Shown here in pieces: positions 1 to 12,984 of a stretch of DNA of 64,000 nt. How positions within the stretch are numbered: the first letter of the stretch is position 1; each line of letters begins with the position of its first letter. Position numbers and translations under genes: made by a program. The notes below the pieces were generated by a model. The model was not told the DNA's origin. It worked only from the letters and a program-made list of their open reading frames with translations, and searched no databases. The DNA lies in the NCBI GenBank assembly GCA_026770705.1, contig JANJGN010000323.1, forward strand, positions 124,001 to 188,000, in the 5' to 3' direction. The DNA is from Isurus oxyrinchus. Taxonomy: Eukaryota.

Positions 1-404
1 AAGGAGGTTTCACTCTGTNNNNNNNNNNNNNNNNNNNNNNNNNNNNNNNNNNNNNNNNNNNNNNNNNNNNNNNNNNNNNNNNNNNNNNNNNNNNNNNNNN
101 NNNNNNNNNNNNNNNNNNNNNNNNNNNNNNNNNNNNNNNNNNNNNNNNNNNNNNNNNNNNNNNNNNNNNNNNNNNNNNNNNNNNNNNNNNNNNNNNNNNN
201 NNNNNNNNNNNNNNNNNNNNNNNNNNNNNNNNNNNNNNNNNNNNNNNNNNNNNNNNNNNNNNNNNNNNNNNNCAGACAGACACAAACACACACATTCACA
301 CACACACACACACATTCACTCACACACACACATTCACTCACACACTCACTCACACACACAAACACACACACAAAGACAATATCCCAATGACAACAAACTG
401 CGAT

Positions 405-2590
405 TAAGAGCTTCCTACAACTTAACTAAGAGACCAAAGACATATTGAACTGTCTAAAAGTGACCTGTTTTTCAAAGAAATACAAGATTGTACACAGATC
501 AAAAATGGCTGACACAAGTCACCTGATTGCTGATACTGTGAAGTTGATCACTTCTCTGGAAAGGTTCAAATGAATTGCACTGCAGACCTGTTGCATGGAA
601 GTTCACGCCTGGGGTGTGTCAGGGTCCACTTCAAATAGAGACACTCTTAAAAGGAAGGCATTAAAATGCAAAGTGCTGGACTTTGATCAGCTGTAGTTCA
701 ATCAAAACATTGGGAACTGCTCACCAAGCAGATAATCATCAACCATTCAAAACCCCCTGTGGAAGATACAATACCCCCGTCTCCTGTTGATTTATATCTT
801 GAAATGCATCAAAGGTTTCAGAGATGCAAAGATAAAAAAATGGGAATACTAGGTCTATAACAATGAATGCAAAACATGCTGATCGAATTGACTTCAGGGA
901 TATACAGACAGGAGTTTAACAAATGGTTCTGCCAAGCAGATATAAGAGAAAGGAGGGGAAAAAGAAATATGGCAGTCTTCCACAAACACTGCTGGAAAAG
1001 AGCAGAAATGATTTCTCCCTCTCTATCTCTCTGTCTGAAGCTAACAGAATGTCTTCAACAATGTGCAAGTCTGAGCCAGATAAAATACAGGAATCTACAG
1101 AAAACCAACTAATTTAAAACAGCTTCAAACTTCACAGCCTACGTTGTAGTACAAGCAAACGACTCTTTTAATTTTTTATTGGACTCTATAATTATNNNNN
1201 NNNNNNNNNNNNNNNNNNNNNNNNNNNNNNNNNNNNNNNNNNNNNNNNNNNNNNNNNNNNNNNNNNNNNNNNNNNNNNNNNNNNNNNNNNNNNNNNNNNN
1301 NNNNNNNNNNNNNNNNNNNNNNNNNNNNNNNNNNNNNNNNNNNNNNNNNNCTGTGTGTGTGCATTTGTCTGTCNNNNNNNNNNNNNNNNNNNNNNNNNNN
1401 NNNNNNNNNNNNNNNNNNNNNNNNNNNNNNNNNNNNNNNNNNNNNNNNNNNNNNNNNNNNNNNNNNNNNNNNNNNNNNNNNNNNNNNNNNNNNNNNNNNN
1501 NNNNNNNNNNNNATTATTTTTCCTCCAGTTAGGTAACTAATAAACTTACTCTTTCTTTGACTCCACCAAACGTGGTTTAATTGGTTCATTCTTAACAATC
1601 AAAGAGACTTGCTTTGGAAATTGCATTTGGGGGAAAATATATTTTAAACCCTTTTTTTCAACCAACCATAATTACCTCTTAAACATCTTAATCTCATTAC
1701 TACTGAATTCAAAGCCCACATCTCAAAACATACAAGTTGGAAATTAGTTGTGACAGTTGTTTCAAGTTTCCCTCCAGGGTTTGAACAGCTCAGCATTTAC
1801 CATCTGTTATGTCATAACAGAGCTTCCTTCAACTTAACCAACGAGCCAAAAACGTATTGAACTGTTTAAAGGAGACCTGTTTTTCAAAAGTACAAGATTA
1901 GGCATTGATCAAAAATGGCTGTCACGAGTCACCTGATTGCTGATACTGCAAACTTGATCACTTCTCTGGACAGCTTCAAATGAATTGCACTAAAGACATG
2001 TTGCATGAAAGTTCTCACTGAGGTGTGTCAGGGTCCACCTGAAACAGGGGCTCCATTAAAAATGCAAAGCGCTGGACTCTGATCACTGTAGGTCTATCAA
2101 GCTAATGGGAACTGCTCACCATGCAGATATTCATCAGTCATTCAAAACCTCTTGTGGAGGATGAAATGCCTTCATCTCCTGTTGATTTATATCTTGAAAT
2201 GCATCAAATGTTTCAGAGATGCAAAGATCAAAAAAGGGATTACTTGGTCTGTGACAATGAATGCAAGACATGCTGATCGAATTCCCTTTGGGAATATACA
2301 GACAGGAGTTTAACAACAGGTTCTGTCAAGCAGATATAAGAGAAAGTAGGAGGAAAAAGAAAGATGGCAGTCACTCAAAAACACTGCTGGAAAAGAGCAG
2401 AAATTCTCTCTCTCTCTTTCTGAAGCTAACAGCGCATCTTCAACAAAGTGCAAATCTGAATCAAATCACCACCAGGATGCCACAGGAAACCAATTAACCT
2501 TGAACAGCTGCAAATGTCAACAATCTACACCTCAAAGTCAAGCAATTGTATTAATCATATATTCTTTTAAATTTTTATTGGACTCTAACN
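405..2590 (+). repeat. Diverged direct duplication (~405-1190 vs ~1818-2590)
   Basis: Colinear matches from agagcttcct..caacttaac through tttttattggactcta. Confidence 0.85.
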
Positions 2591-4413
2591 NNNNNNNNNN
2601 NNNNNNNNNNNNNNNNNNNNNNNNNNNNNNNNNNNNNNNNNNNNNNNNNNNNNNNNNNNNNNNNNNNNNNNNNNNNNNNNNNNNNNNNNNNNNNNNNNNN
2701 NNNNNNNNNNNNNNNNNNNNNNNNNNNNNNNNNNNNNNNNNNNNNNNNNNNNNNNNNNNNNNNNNNNNNNNNNNNGTGAGTGTGTGTCTGTCTATGTACC
2801 CTTGTGAGTGAGTGTGTGTGTGTGTGTACATGTGTGCGTGTGGATTGTTGCATCTTTATTATTAACGTTATTTAAAAATAGTGATCACACAAGCCTGGTT
2901 TCTAAGGAAATGAAACTGCAAACAATTTACAGTAAAGTGAAACATACAGGAATAATCTATTTATTTTGAGCTGATGATATATAATTATACATGAGGCATG
3001 TTGCTAATTTCAAATGTCATCTGAAATATGGCAGGTCTGACAGAGCAGCATTCCCTCAGTGCCCACCCTCTGACAGTGCAGCACTCCCTCAGCATTGACC
3101 CTTTGAGAGTGCAGCACTCCTTCAGTATTGACCCTCTGGAAGTGCAGCACTCCCTCAGCACTGACCCTCTGGGAGTGCAGCTCTCCCTCAGTACCGACCC
3201 TCTGGAAGTGCAGCACTCCCTCAGTGCTAACCCTCCAACAGTGCAGCACTCTCTCAGTACTGACCCTCTGACAGTGCAGCACTCCCTCAGTACTGACCCT
3301 CCAACAGTGCAGCACTCCCTCACTGGGAAGAGTCCGTCCGCATTTTAAGCTGAAACCTTGAGACGGTCTCAAAATCCCAACCTTCCATCTCAGAGAGAGA
3401 GAGTGCGTTTATGTGAGAGAGAGAGACAATGTATGTGTGAGAGACTGAGAGTGTGTATGTGTGAGAGAGCAAAAGAGAGGTAGAGTGTGTGTGCATGAGA
3501 GAGGGAGGTAGCTTGTGTGTGTGAGAGAGAGAGTGTGTGTGAGAGAAAGAGAACGTCTGTGAGAGTGTGAGAGAATTTATGTGTGAGAGAGAAAGATAGA
3601 GAGAATGTGCGTGTGAGATAGTGTGTGTGCAAAAGAGAGTGTGTGTCTGTGAGAGAGTGTTTGTGTATGTGAGAGTGTGTGTGTGAGATCATGTGTGTGT
3701 GTGTGTTTGAGAAAGAGGGTGTGTGTGTTTGAGAGAGGGAGTGTGCGAGAAAGAGATGGTGTGAGTGTTTGAGGGAGGGGGAGATTGTGTGTTTGAGACA
3801 GGGAGTGAGAGAGAACATGTGTGTGAGAGAGAGAGTGTGTGTGTATGTGTGTGTGTGAAAGAGAAAGTGTTTGTGCAAAATAGTGTGTGTTTGAGAGTAT
3901 GTGTGCATGTGTGAGTGTGTGTGTGTGTGTGTGCTAATGTTTGTGTCTGTGTGTGTGTGAGGGTTTGTGTGTGAGTGAGTTTGTGCGTTTGTGTGCGTGT
4001 GTGTGTGCATGTGTGTGCGTGAAAGAGTGTTTGTGCAAAAGAGTGTTTGTTTGAGAGTATGTGTGCTAGTGTTTGTGTGTGAGTGNNNNNNNNNNNNNNN
4101 NNNNNNNNNNNNNNNNNNNNNNNNNNNNNNNNNNNNNNNNNNNNNNNNNNNNNNNNNNNNNNNNNNNNNNNNNNNNNNNNNNNNNNNNNNNNNNNNNNNN
4201 NNNNNNNNNNNNNNNNNNNNNNNNNNNNNNNNNNNNNNNNNNNCGAGTTCACAGTTACACACGTTGCTAGGGACCACTTTTCCGCCTCTCTGTCAGACTG
4301 TGTGTATCTGACAGCAGGTCAGGCAGAAATAGTCCAGAACGCGCTGTAGTTTTGTAGCATTGAAACAACGACAGGAACTAAATGAGTGCTGCACCAAATA
4401 AAGACATGGAGTG

Positions 4414-4664
4414 ACCACACCAAAAAACCACGTGACTTCCCCAGTTTCACATCTCCCTCAAACACAGAAAAACTGGGTTAACACTGACCCTCCTCCCAGA
4501 GCCAGTTCACCTCGTGTCCGATGCAGTCAGGAGAGGAAGATCATCTCTCCTCCGATCCTGCTAAACTGAACATTTCCAGAATTAGATCAGCTCCCTGAAG
4601 TGTCTCCAGTTAGTCATTCATCTGACAGGATTGACTCTACAACCCTGGGGACTCATTCTCCTGT
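4414..4664 (+). promoter_or_regulatory. Candidate leukocyte-type promoter and non-coding first exon of gene D
   Basis: ACCACA (RUNX-type) at 4414; CCACGTGACTTCCCC (E-box abutting an ETS core) at 4428-4442; donor ct|gtaagt at 4663. Confidence 0.4.
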
Positions 4665-6899
4665 AAGTAAAACACTTGCTGCTCCTGTCAAATCTCTTCT
4701 GTACAGCATGGTCTCTGGATGTCCCAGAACACTTTACAATAGAGTTCACCCTTTTTTCGAAGTGTGGTTACTGTTGTAATGTAGGAAACGCAGCAGCCAA
4801 TTAGCGCACAGCAAGCTCCCACAAACAGCAATGTGATCATCTGTTTTTGGTGATGTTGGTTGAGGGATAAATATTGGTCCCAGGACACCGGGGAGATCTC
4901 CCCCCTGCTCTTCCTCCAAATAGTGGCTGTGGGATCTTTCACACCCGCCCGAGAGGGCAGACGGGGGTCTCGGTTTAGTGTCTAATATTGGACTAATCTC
5001 CAGGCGAGGTTGGCTGGATGGATTATTGACAAGGTCCATTCACCCTGTAAAGAGTTTCTCTGTTTGAAATACCCGATCAAACATCGAGTTCTGTGTCTAA
5101 ACCTTGTGTTGAAAAGACACCTTTCCAGCTCTTCACCTGCCATTAGCTTGTTGAGTCTTCACACGCTCCGTCTGTCCGTGACCAACCCCTCTTAGCTCAT
5201 CCTTTCCTTGTCGTACATCGAGCTGTTCATCCTGACGGGTTCCATCCTTCCCAGTAACACTCCATCTCCGACATCAAACTAACTCCCAACACGTTGATGA
5301 ATTGTATGGATTCCAGCGTCAGTTGGTTCTGTCTGAGGCTGTTTCTCTGATCGGGGACCGAGCTGTTCTGAACGGACATTGTGTTCAGCAGTTCTTATTG
5401 CAGATCAGGCTGTTCAACCAATGCTGCTGTTCACTGAGGTGACTCCGATTCTACATTCACACATTAATGATCTCATGTCCAGCAGCAAACATCTGAATGA
5501 AGCCAGGTTCAAGAAAAACCCAGCTGCTTGATCCGACAGTTATCTGTTCAGGCATGGCCCCTTGTTCCAAATAACAAACATTATTTAAAAATAGTCATCA
5601 CATGAGCCTGGTTAACAAGGAAATGAAACCATGAACAATTTGCATTGAAGTGAAACGTACAGGACTAATCTATTTATATTGGGCTGATGATATAGAATGT
5701 TACACGAGGCATGTTGCTAATTTCAAACATCATCTGAATTACGACAGTTCTGACAGTGCAGCACTCCCTCAGTACTGACCCTCTGACAGTGCAGCACTCC
5801 CTCAGTACTGACCCTCTGATAGTGCAGCACTCCCTCACCACTGACCCTCTGACAGCGCAGCACTCCCTCAGTACTGACCCTCTGACAATGCAGCACACCC
5901 TCAGTATTCCCTCACTGGGGAGAATCTGCCTGGGTTTTGAGCAGAAATCATAAGCAGGTCTTAAAACCACAACCTTCCGTATTAGAGAGAGTGTGTCTGA
6001 GAGAGAGAGAGAGCGAGAGAGACAGAGAGAGTCTGTGAGAGAGAAAAAGAGTTAGAAAGAGTGTGTACATGTGTGAGGGAGAGTGTGTGTGTGTGTGAGG
6101 GAGAGATTGTGCGTATCAGAGAGAGTGTGTGTGTGTGTGAGGGAGAGAGTGTGTGTGTGTGAGGGAGAGTGTGTGTGTGTGAGAGGGAGNNNNNNNNNNN
6201 NNNNNNNNNNNNNNNNNNNNNNNNNNNNNNNNNNNNNNNNNNNNNNNNNNNNNNNNNNNNNNNNNNNNNNNNNNNNNNNNNNNNNNNNNNNNNNNNNNNN
6301 NNNNNNNNNNNNNNNNNNNNNNNNNNNNNNNNNNNNNNNNNNNNNNNNNNNNNNNNNNNNNNNNNNNNNNNNNNNNNNNNNNNNNNNNNNNNNNNNNNNN
6401 NNNNNNNNNNNNNNNNNNNNNNNNNNNNNNNNNNNNNNNNNNNNNNNNNNNNNNNNNNNNNNNNNNNNNNNNNNNNNNNNNNNNNNNNNNNNNNNNNNNN
6501 NNNNNNNNNNNNNNNNNNNNNNNNNNNNNNNNNNNNNNNNNNNNNNNNNNNNNNNNNNNNNNNNNNNNNNNNNNNNNNNNNNNNNNNNNNNNNNNNNNNN
6601 NNNNNNNNNNNNNNNNNNNNNNNNNNNTGAGAGAGATTCTGTGTGTGTGTGAGGGAGAGTGTGTGTGTGTGAGGGAGNNNNNNNNNNNNNNNNNNNNNNN
6701 NNNNNNNNNNNNNNNNNNNNNNNNNNNNNNNNNNNNNNNNNNNNNNNNNNNNNNNNNNNNNNNNNNNNNNNNNNNNNNNNNNNNNNNNNNNNNNNNNNNN
6801 NNNNNNNNNNNNGGGAGAGAGTACATGAGAGTGAGAAAGAGGGAGACAGCAGAAGAGAAAGATAGAGAGAGATGGTAAATGTTTGAGAGAGAGAGAATG

Positions 6900-7620
6900 T
6901 GAGTGTCTGAGAGCCAGAGAATGTATGTGTGTGAGAGAGAGAGAGATAGAGCAGAAGAGTGCGATAGAGAGAGATTGTGAGTGCTGACAGAGAGAAGGTG
7001 TGTGTGTGAGAGAGAGAGAGAGCAGAAGACTGCGATAGAGAGGGATTGTGAGTGTTAGAGAGAGAATGTGTGTGATAGAGAGAGAGATAGAGCAGAAGAG
7101 TGTGATAGAGAGAGATTGTGAGTGTTAGAGAGAGAATGTGTGTGTGAGAGAGAGAGATAGAGCAGAAGAGTGTGATAGATAGAGATTGTGATTGTTAGAG
7201 AGAGAATGTGTGTGAGAGAGAGAGATAGAGCAGAAGAGTGTGATAGAGAGAGATTGTGAGTGTTAGAGAGAGAATGCGTGTGTGAGAGAGAGAGAGATAG
7301 AGCAGAAGAGTGCGATAGAGAGACATTGTGAGTGTTAGAGAGAGAACGTGTCTGTGTGTGAGAGAGAGAGATAGAGCAGAAGAGTGCGATAGAGAGAGAT
7401 TGTGAGTGTTAGAGAGAGAATGTGTGTGTGTGTGAGAGGGAGAGATAGAGCAGAAGAGTGTGATAGAGAGAGATTGTGAGTGTTAGAGAGAGAATGTGTG
7501 TGTGAGAGAGATAGAGCAGAATAGTGTGATAGATAGAGATTGTGAGTGTTAGAGAGAGAATGTGTGTGTGAGAGAGAGAGATAGAGCAGAAGAGTGTGAT
7601 AGATAGAGATTGTGAGGACT
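6900..7620. repeat. AG/TG-rich compound minisatellite (~62-68 bp units)
   Basis: Recurrent gatagagcagaagagtgtgatagagagagattgtgagtgtt. Confidence 0.9.
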
Positions 7621-7880
7621 AAACTCACTGAGAGAAAAAGCTGGACACCCAGCAGAGGGAGTGAGGGAACAATGAATTTTTGCCGTGTTTGGTGAATCGG
7701 TTTGCGATGTCCCTTCTCAATCTCTCCTTCCTTGTCTTGACATTAGTTTATTCCCTGGGGCTGTTTAATTCACTGAAAGGTGCCATTTAAACACAAGTTG
7801 TTGTTTGAGGAAGAAACACTGGGGACAATTTCTGAAAAAGTCTCTGTCTTTATCATTTCCATTTAGATGAGGAACTGAAG

Positions 7881-9033
7881 ATGGGAGAGGTCGGTCTGAT
7901 ACTGATCTTCATCAGCTTGCTGCAAGGTACAAATTCATTACTGATCGGAACTCAGGGAATTGGATTCTTTCCTGGAGTGAGGAAGTGAACATTTAATTTT
8001 AGAGAACAGGGTTAGTGATCACACAGAGAGTGAGTGATTAGCGAGTCAGAGAATGTAGCAAAAGAAAAAGCCTCATACGGACTCGAAACACCAACTCTGT
8101 TTCTCTCTCCACAGATGCTGTCAGACCTGCTGAGTTTTTCCAGCATTTTCTGTTTGTGCATCAGAGAGCTTGTTTCAATAGGAATGACAGTGCATTTATA
8201 TAGCACCTTTAATGCAGTAAAACATCCTTATTGCTTCACAGGATTCCCCCACAAGGGGTAACATCCCCTCAGCATCGACCCTGTCAAACCCCCCACCACC
8301 TCAGAATCTTATATGTTTCAATAAGATCACCTCTCATTCTTCTAAACTCCAATGGATACAGGGCCCAACCTGCTCAACATTTCCTCATAAGACAAACCCC
8401 CTTCATCCCAGGAATCAGCCCAGTGATCCTCCTCTGAACTGCCTCCAATGCAGAGTCTATCCCTCCCTAAGTAAGGAGACCAGAACTGTACACACTGCTC
8501 CTGATACAATCTCACCAACGCCCTGTACAGTTGTAGCAAGACTCCCCTCCTTTTATACTCCATCCCTTTGCAATAAAGGCCAACATTCCACTTGCCTTCC
8601 TCATTCCGTGGTGTTCCTGAATGCTGACTTTATGTGATTCATGTACAAGGACACCCAGATCCCTCTGTACCGCATTCTGCTGCCTCCCTCCATTGAAGTA
8701 ATATTCTGCTTTTTGATGTCCTGTCTCTTCCCTTGTTGCCTTTCAGGAGTGACGTCAGAGGGATGGTCTATGAAGGCGCTGCCTCGGAGGGCCATCAGCA
8801 GCTCTTGTGTGGTTATTCCGTGTAGCTTTGACTTTCCTTCCCACTCTTACACAGCACTGCACGGAGCTTGGTATAAATATTGGTATAGATGGAAATATAC
8901 CATCACATACACCAAAGATCCCAACTATGGGATGGCCACATTCGTGGGACGTGCTAAAATAATCGGCGACTTGGAAGGGAAGAATTGTTCGGTGAGGATT
9001 GACAGTCTCAGAGCTGAAGACAGTGACGTGTAT
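7881..9033 (+). pseudogene. Siglec-like gene D remnant: leader exon 7881-7926 plus V exon 8747-~9033 truncated by a retrotransposon
   Basis: MGEVGLILIFISLLQG|gtac, then tttcag|GVTSEGWSMKALPRRAISSSCVVIPCSFDFP...GDLEGKNCSVRIDSLRAEDSDVY, which runs into gag-like sequence with a stop at 9048. No downstream Ig exons were found. Confidence 0.8.
8262..8660 (-). mobile_element. CR1-type LINE 3' fragment
   Basis: LYRALVR..EQCVQFWSPYL, LSYEEMLSRLG. Confidence 0.8.
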
Positions 9034-10170
9034 TGCACCCAATTCTAAATCTTTTCACCAATTAGTCGACCTCATGAAGATGTATTTTCAGCTGAAGCCG
9101 TGGGTAATAATGCAGAGGTTTAAGTTTAACTCCAGAGTAAGGGCCCAGGGAGAGTCCATCGCAACCTATACAGTGAAGTGGAAGCAGGTGACTGAGCACT
9201 GGGACCTCGGAGACACACTCAATGACATGTTGCGCGGCCGATTGGTTTGTGTCGTTCACCCCAACGCCATTCAGAGCCGTTTACTCGCAGAAGCCGACAT
9301 CGATTTGAAGCGCACCATGGAAATAGCGCCAGGCATGGAAAGTGCTGGGAGAGACTGGCGGGATTTACAGGATGTACAACATGGCGCCAGTCCTCAGCTG
9401 GGACAGGAACCAACCACCGGGCGTGTGACTCAAACTGGAGAGAGAGGGAGAGAGAGAGACAGCCGCCAAGCGAGAGACAGTCTCTGCCGCTCCAGAAACT
9501 AAAAGGCTTCGTGGGAGTATTTCAGCAGCAACTCCGAAGTTGGCCTGTTCTCGATGTGGGGGGGAGTGAGCTCGTACCGGACACCTGCAGGTTCAAGGGG
9601 GCAGAATGCCATCACTGCCACAAGAAAGGGGTGGGTAATAAAGCAATGCAGGGTGAAATCGAGACAGCCCATCAGGCAGTGCACCAACATGATGGAAGTG
9701 AATAATATCACAGAGCCTGAAGCTGCTGATACCGATGTCTATTCCCTGTCCAATGTCACAGTGGTAAAAACTGAACCTATAACCATCACAACCCAAGTGA
9801 ATGGGCAGCCACTAGTAATGGGGCAGATACGGGAGCCTCAGACACAGTGGTGGAAGAGCCCACATTTAAACAGCTAAATGAAGGAACCCAGACGCTGAAT
9901 TTAGAGCCAACAATGGATCAGCTGAAGACACACACTGGAGAATCCATACAGGGAAAGGACCTCATCCCAGTACCTGTGTCCTACAGGCAGCAGACAGCCC
10001 AGCTTCCAGTGATCATAGCGACAGGTGAGGGCCCTAGTCTTCTGGGCCGAGACTGGTTCCAGAAAACCAAGCTCAGCTGCTCTGAAATGTTTCACTGGAG
10101 GAGTTGCTGAGTTGCTGGGGGAATATGAGAGTGTATCTCGGAATGAGTTTGAAGAATTGAAGCATCCTCA
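9034..10170 (+). mobile_element. Degenerate Gypsy-type LTR retrotransposon fragment (gag, zinc knuckle, protease)
   Basis: QRFKFNSRVRAQGESIATY, LNDMLRGRLVC, ECHHCHKKG, SLLGRDWF; frameshifted. Confidence 0.85.
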
Positions 10171-11589
10171 CAGGCTGCAAGTGTCCCTCAGGTCAGAGTT
10201 GGTTCCACTGGAAAATCCTGAAGAGAAAGAAAGCGAATTCTGTGCCGCTCTGAGCAAACTGAAGAAACAGTTGGCAGGGAAGATCCAACCATGTCCAATG
10301 TTCCAGGAGGAAGGCAAGAGATACAAGGAAGAGACTGAAGAGCTGAAGATTCAGCTGAATGAAACCAAAGAGGCAGTTACAGTATCACAACAATTTTACA
10401 GTGCAGAAGGAGGCCATTCAGCCCGTCGAGCCTGTTACACAGGAACAGGAGGAGGCCCATTCAGCCCCCTCGAGACTGTTACACAGGAACAGAAGGGGGC
10501 CATTCAGCCCATTGAGCCTGTTACACAGATACAGGAAGAGGCCATTCAGCCCCCTCAAGACTGTTACACAGGAACAGGAGCAAGCCCATTCAGCCACTGA
10601 TGTCTGTTACACAGGAACGGAAGGAGGCCCATTTAGCTCCTCAAGCCTGTTACACAGGAACAGGAGGAGGCCCATTCAGCCCCATTGAGCCTGTTACACA
10701 GAAAAAGGACGAGGCCCATTCAGCCACTGATGCCCGTTACACAGGAACAGGAGGAGGCCATTCTGCCCCTTGTAGGGTGTGCTGGTGTGTGTCAGCTTCA
10801 CCTGCGACTTCTGAGCCGTCTGAATCACTCCCACTCCCTGGGTTCTAGACCTTGGACTTATTCGGGGCTTGTCACAAAGTGCAGCAGACAACTGGTTTTG
10901 GGCCTTCATGGGCCCAGCCTCCTGTCTGCAGGGTTTTCCACTTAACTCAGCAGTTTAAAGGTGCAAAAGTGATATCCTTGTTGATGATATGGAAAATGTG
11001 GGCCTAGGCAGTGATGTCCACATCACATGAAAGAATGAAATAAAAGGACAGAGAGGGACAGACAGAGTCGAGAGACACCCAGAATGAAAAAAACACAGTA
11101 AACACTGGAAAATAAACATTCTGGTCTGATCTGGTCTTGTATACCTTCAAATGGAACACCAGTAACACAGGGAAATAAGAGTACTGGGCCAAACTGTTAG
11201 AGAGGGTCACATTTAGAGAGAGAGAGAAAGAGGGAGACACTGAAAGAGATAAGGACAAGGAAAGAAAGAGTGAGAGAGAGAGACAGACAGACACACAAAG
11301 AAGTAGAAAGAAAGTGATAGAGATGAAGCAGGAGAGAATGAGGAGAAAGATAGATAGATAGAGAGAGAGGATGGTAGAGAAAGAGAACGAGAGGAAAAGA
11401 GACAAAGGCAGAATGTGATGGAACACTGAATCCTTGTCTATGCGTTTTGAAATCCAGCCCAGAACTATCATTGGAAGATTCAGCGAGTGTCCAGTACAGG
11501 GGACCCAGCCCAACCTTCTCATCCTGACCTTCCCAGTGGGGCCGAAGAGGGCAGAGAGGAAACCTTCCTCTGTTATTCTGTTGTCGAAT

Positions 11590-12230
11590 AAACACAACAA
11601 TTCTGGAACTCTGCCCTTTCTATCTCACGGATTAGAATATAAGGGGGCAGAGGTCATGCTTCAGTCTACATAAAGCCCTGGCTAGACCATACCTGGAGTC
11701 ACTGTGAGACATTCTGGGCCCCACACCTTAGGAAGGATATATTGACCTCGGAGGGAGAGCAGTGTCGATTTACCAGAATGAGACCGAGACTCCAAGGGTT
11801 AAATCACAAGGAGAGATTAAACACAAACTCGGCTTGTATTCCCTGGAAGTTAGAATGTTAAGCAGGAGATTTGATGAAAGTTTGCATGATAATAAGGGGA
11901 ACAGATTGGGGGCGATAAAGAGAAACCATTTCCCCTGGTTGGGGGGAGTCTGGGACTCGGGGTCAGAGCCTAAAAAGGAGAGGCTGACCTTTCAGGAGTG
12001 AAATTAGGAAGTACAAAGGGTGGGAGAAATTTGGAACGGTCTTCCCCAAACTGAAACTGATGCACGATCAAGTTGTTCATTTTAAACCTGTGAGACTGAT
12101 AGATTTTTGTTATCCAAAGGTATTAAAGGAGATGGGACAAAGCCATATGGGGCTAGTTTGCAGATCAGCCATGATCTCATTGAATGGTGGAGCAGGCTCG
12201 AGGGGCCAAATGGCCTCCTCCTACCCTCAT
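11590..12230 (+). mobile_element. CR1-type LINE 3' fragment
   Basis: GLEYKGAEVMLQ, LGLYSLEVRML, 3' tail gatcagccatgatctcattgaatgg. Confidence 0.75.
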
Positions 12231-12608
12231 GTAATAGAAACTTACCTGTCAGAAGCCAGTTTATGTTGATGTGAGTCTGAGTCGATGACTGAACCCAGTT
12301 GGTGACTTGTTCCATACAAAGCAAGAACGTTCATGACCTTCAATGTTCCTGGATAAACCATGAACAAAGCTGGTGACAGACAGTCTCCACATGGTAAACA
12401 CTGACCAATCAACACATGACATGGCTGTTAACCCTTAAACCTCAGCGTAAATCAGTTCCCCCTCGAGGCCCCTTGTCCAAAATAAAAGCAACGCACACAA
12501 TTTGTAAAATAGTAAGTGTAGCAATGAGAGGAGTAAGGGGTTAGGGGGCATGCGGTTCACCTGATTTGCCGACATAAGAACCAGCCCCTCTGTTTTTGCT
12601 ATGTTGTG

Positions 12609-12821
12609 TTGCGTCAATATGAACACATATTTGCACAAGGTGAAGGGCGTTGCGGAGGGACTGATAGTTCTCGGCGCCAGACAGTCAATGTCCCAGTGAC
12701 CTTACTGCTGGTCCCAGGCCAGTGGGACAGGGAACATCGACACTGCAATATCCAGAAATGGGTGTGATACCACACAGCTACCCACCCGCGGCTGTCCCCT
12801 TCAAGTGTTTCAGGTATAAGA
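12609..12821 (+). promoter_or_regulatory. Candidate hepcidin proximal promoter
   Basis: TTGCGTCAAT (12609) and TTGCACAA (12631) C/EBP-type sites. TCGGCGCCAGAC contains the GGCGCC BMP/SMAD element (12673-12678) overlapping a CAGAC SMAD site. TATAAGA at 12815 lies about 90 nt before the ATG. Confidence 0.6.
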
Positions 12822-12906
12822 GCAGGAAGCTCCTCGAGTTACAAACCAAAGCATCAAAGCAGAGCCAGAAGATCAGAAGAGACAGGCAGAGATGGGAAGC
12901 TCCCAG

Positions 12907-12984
12907 ATGAAATGGCGACTTGTCTTGTTCACTCTGACTTTGCTGCTCTCCCTGCAGCTGAGTCACTTCTTCTCCTTGTCGAGG
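12907..12984 (+). CDS. HAMP: HAMP exon 1 coding part (signal peptide)
   Basis: ATG at 12907, hydrophobic MKWRLVLFTLTLLLSLQLSHFFSLSR, donor AGG|gtaagc. Confidence 0.85.

Noticed and set aside
4990-5560. Non-repetitive-looking stretch as a possible exon
   Set aside because: No sustained frame or splice pair found; perhaps an old retroelement.
10-6878. ORFs spanning N runs and HT/CV-rich peptides
   Set aside because: Masked or gapped microsatellite sequence; no information.
11004-11600. Hydrophobic 198-aa ORF (and 15002-15481)
   Set aside because: Reverse complement of AG-rich low-complexity DNA, giving Leu/Ser/Phe bias.
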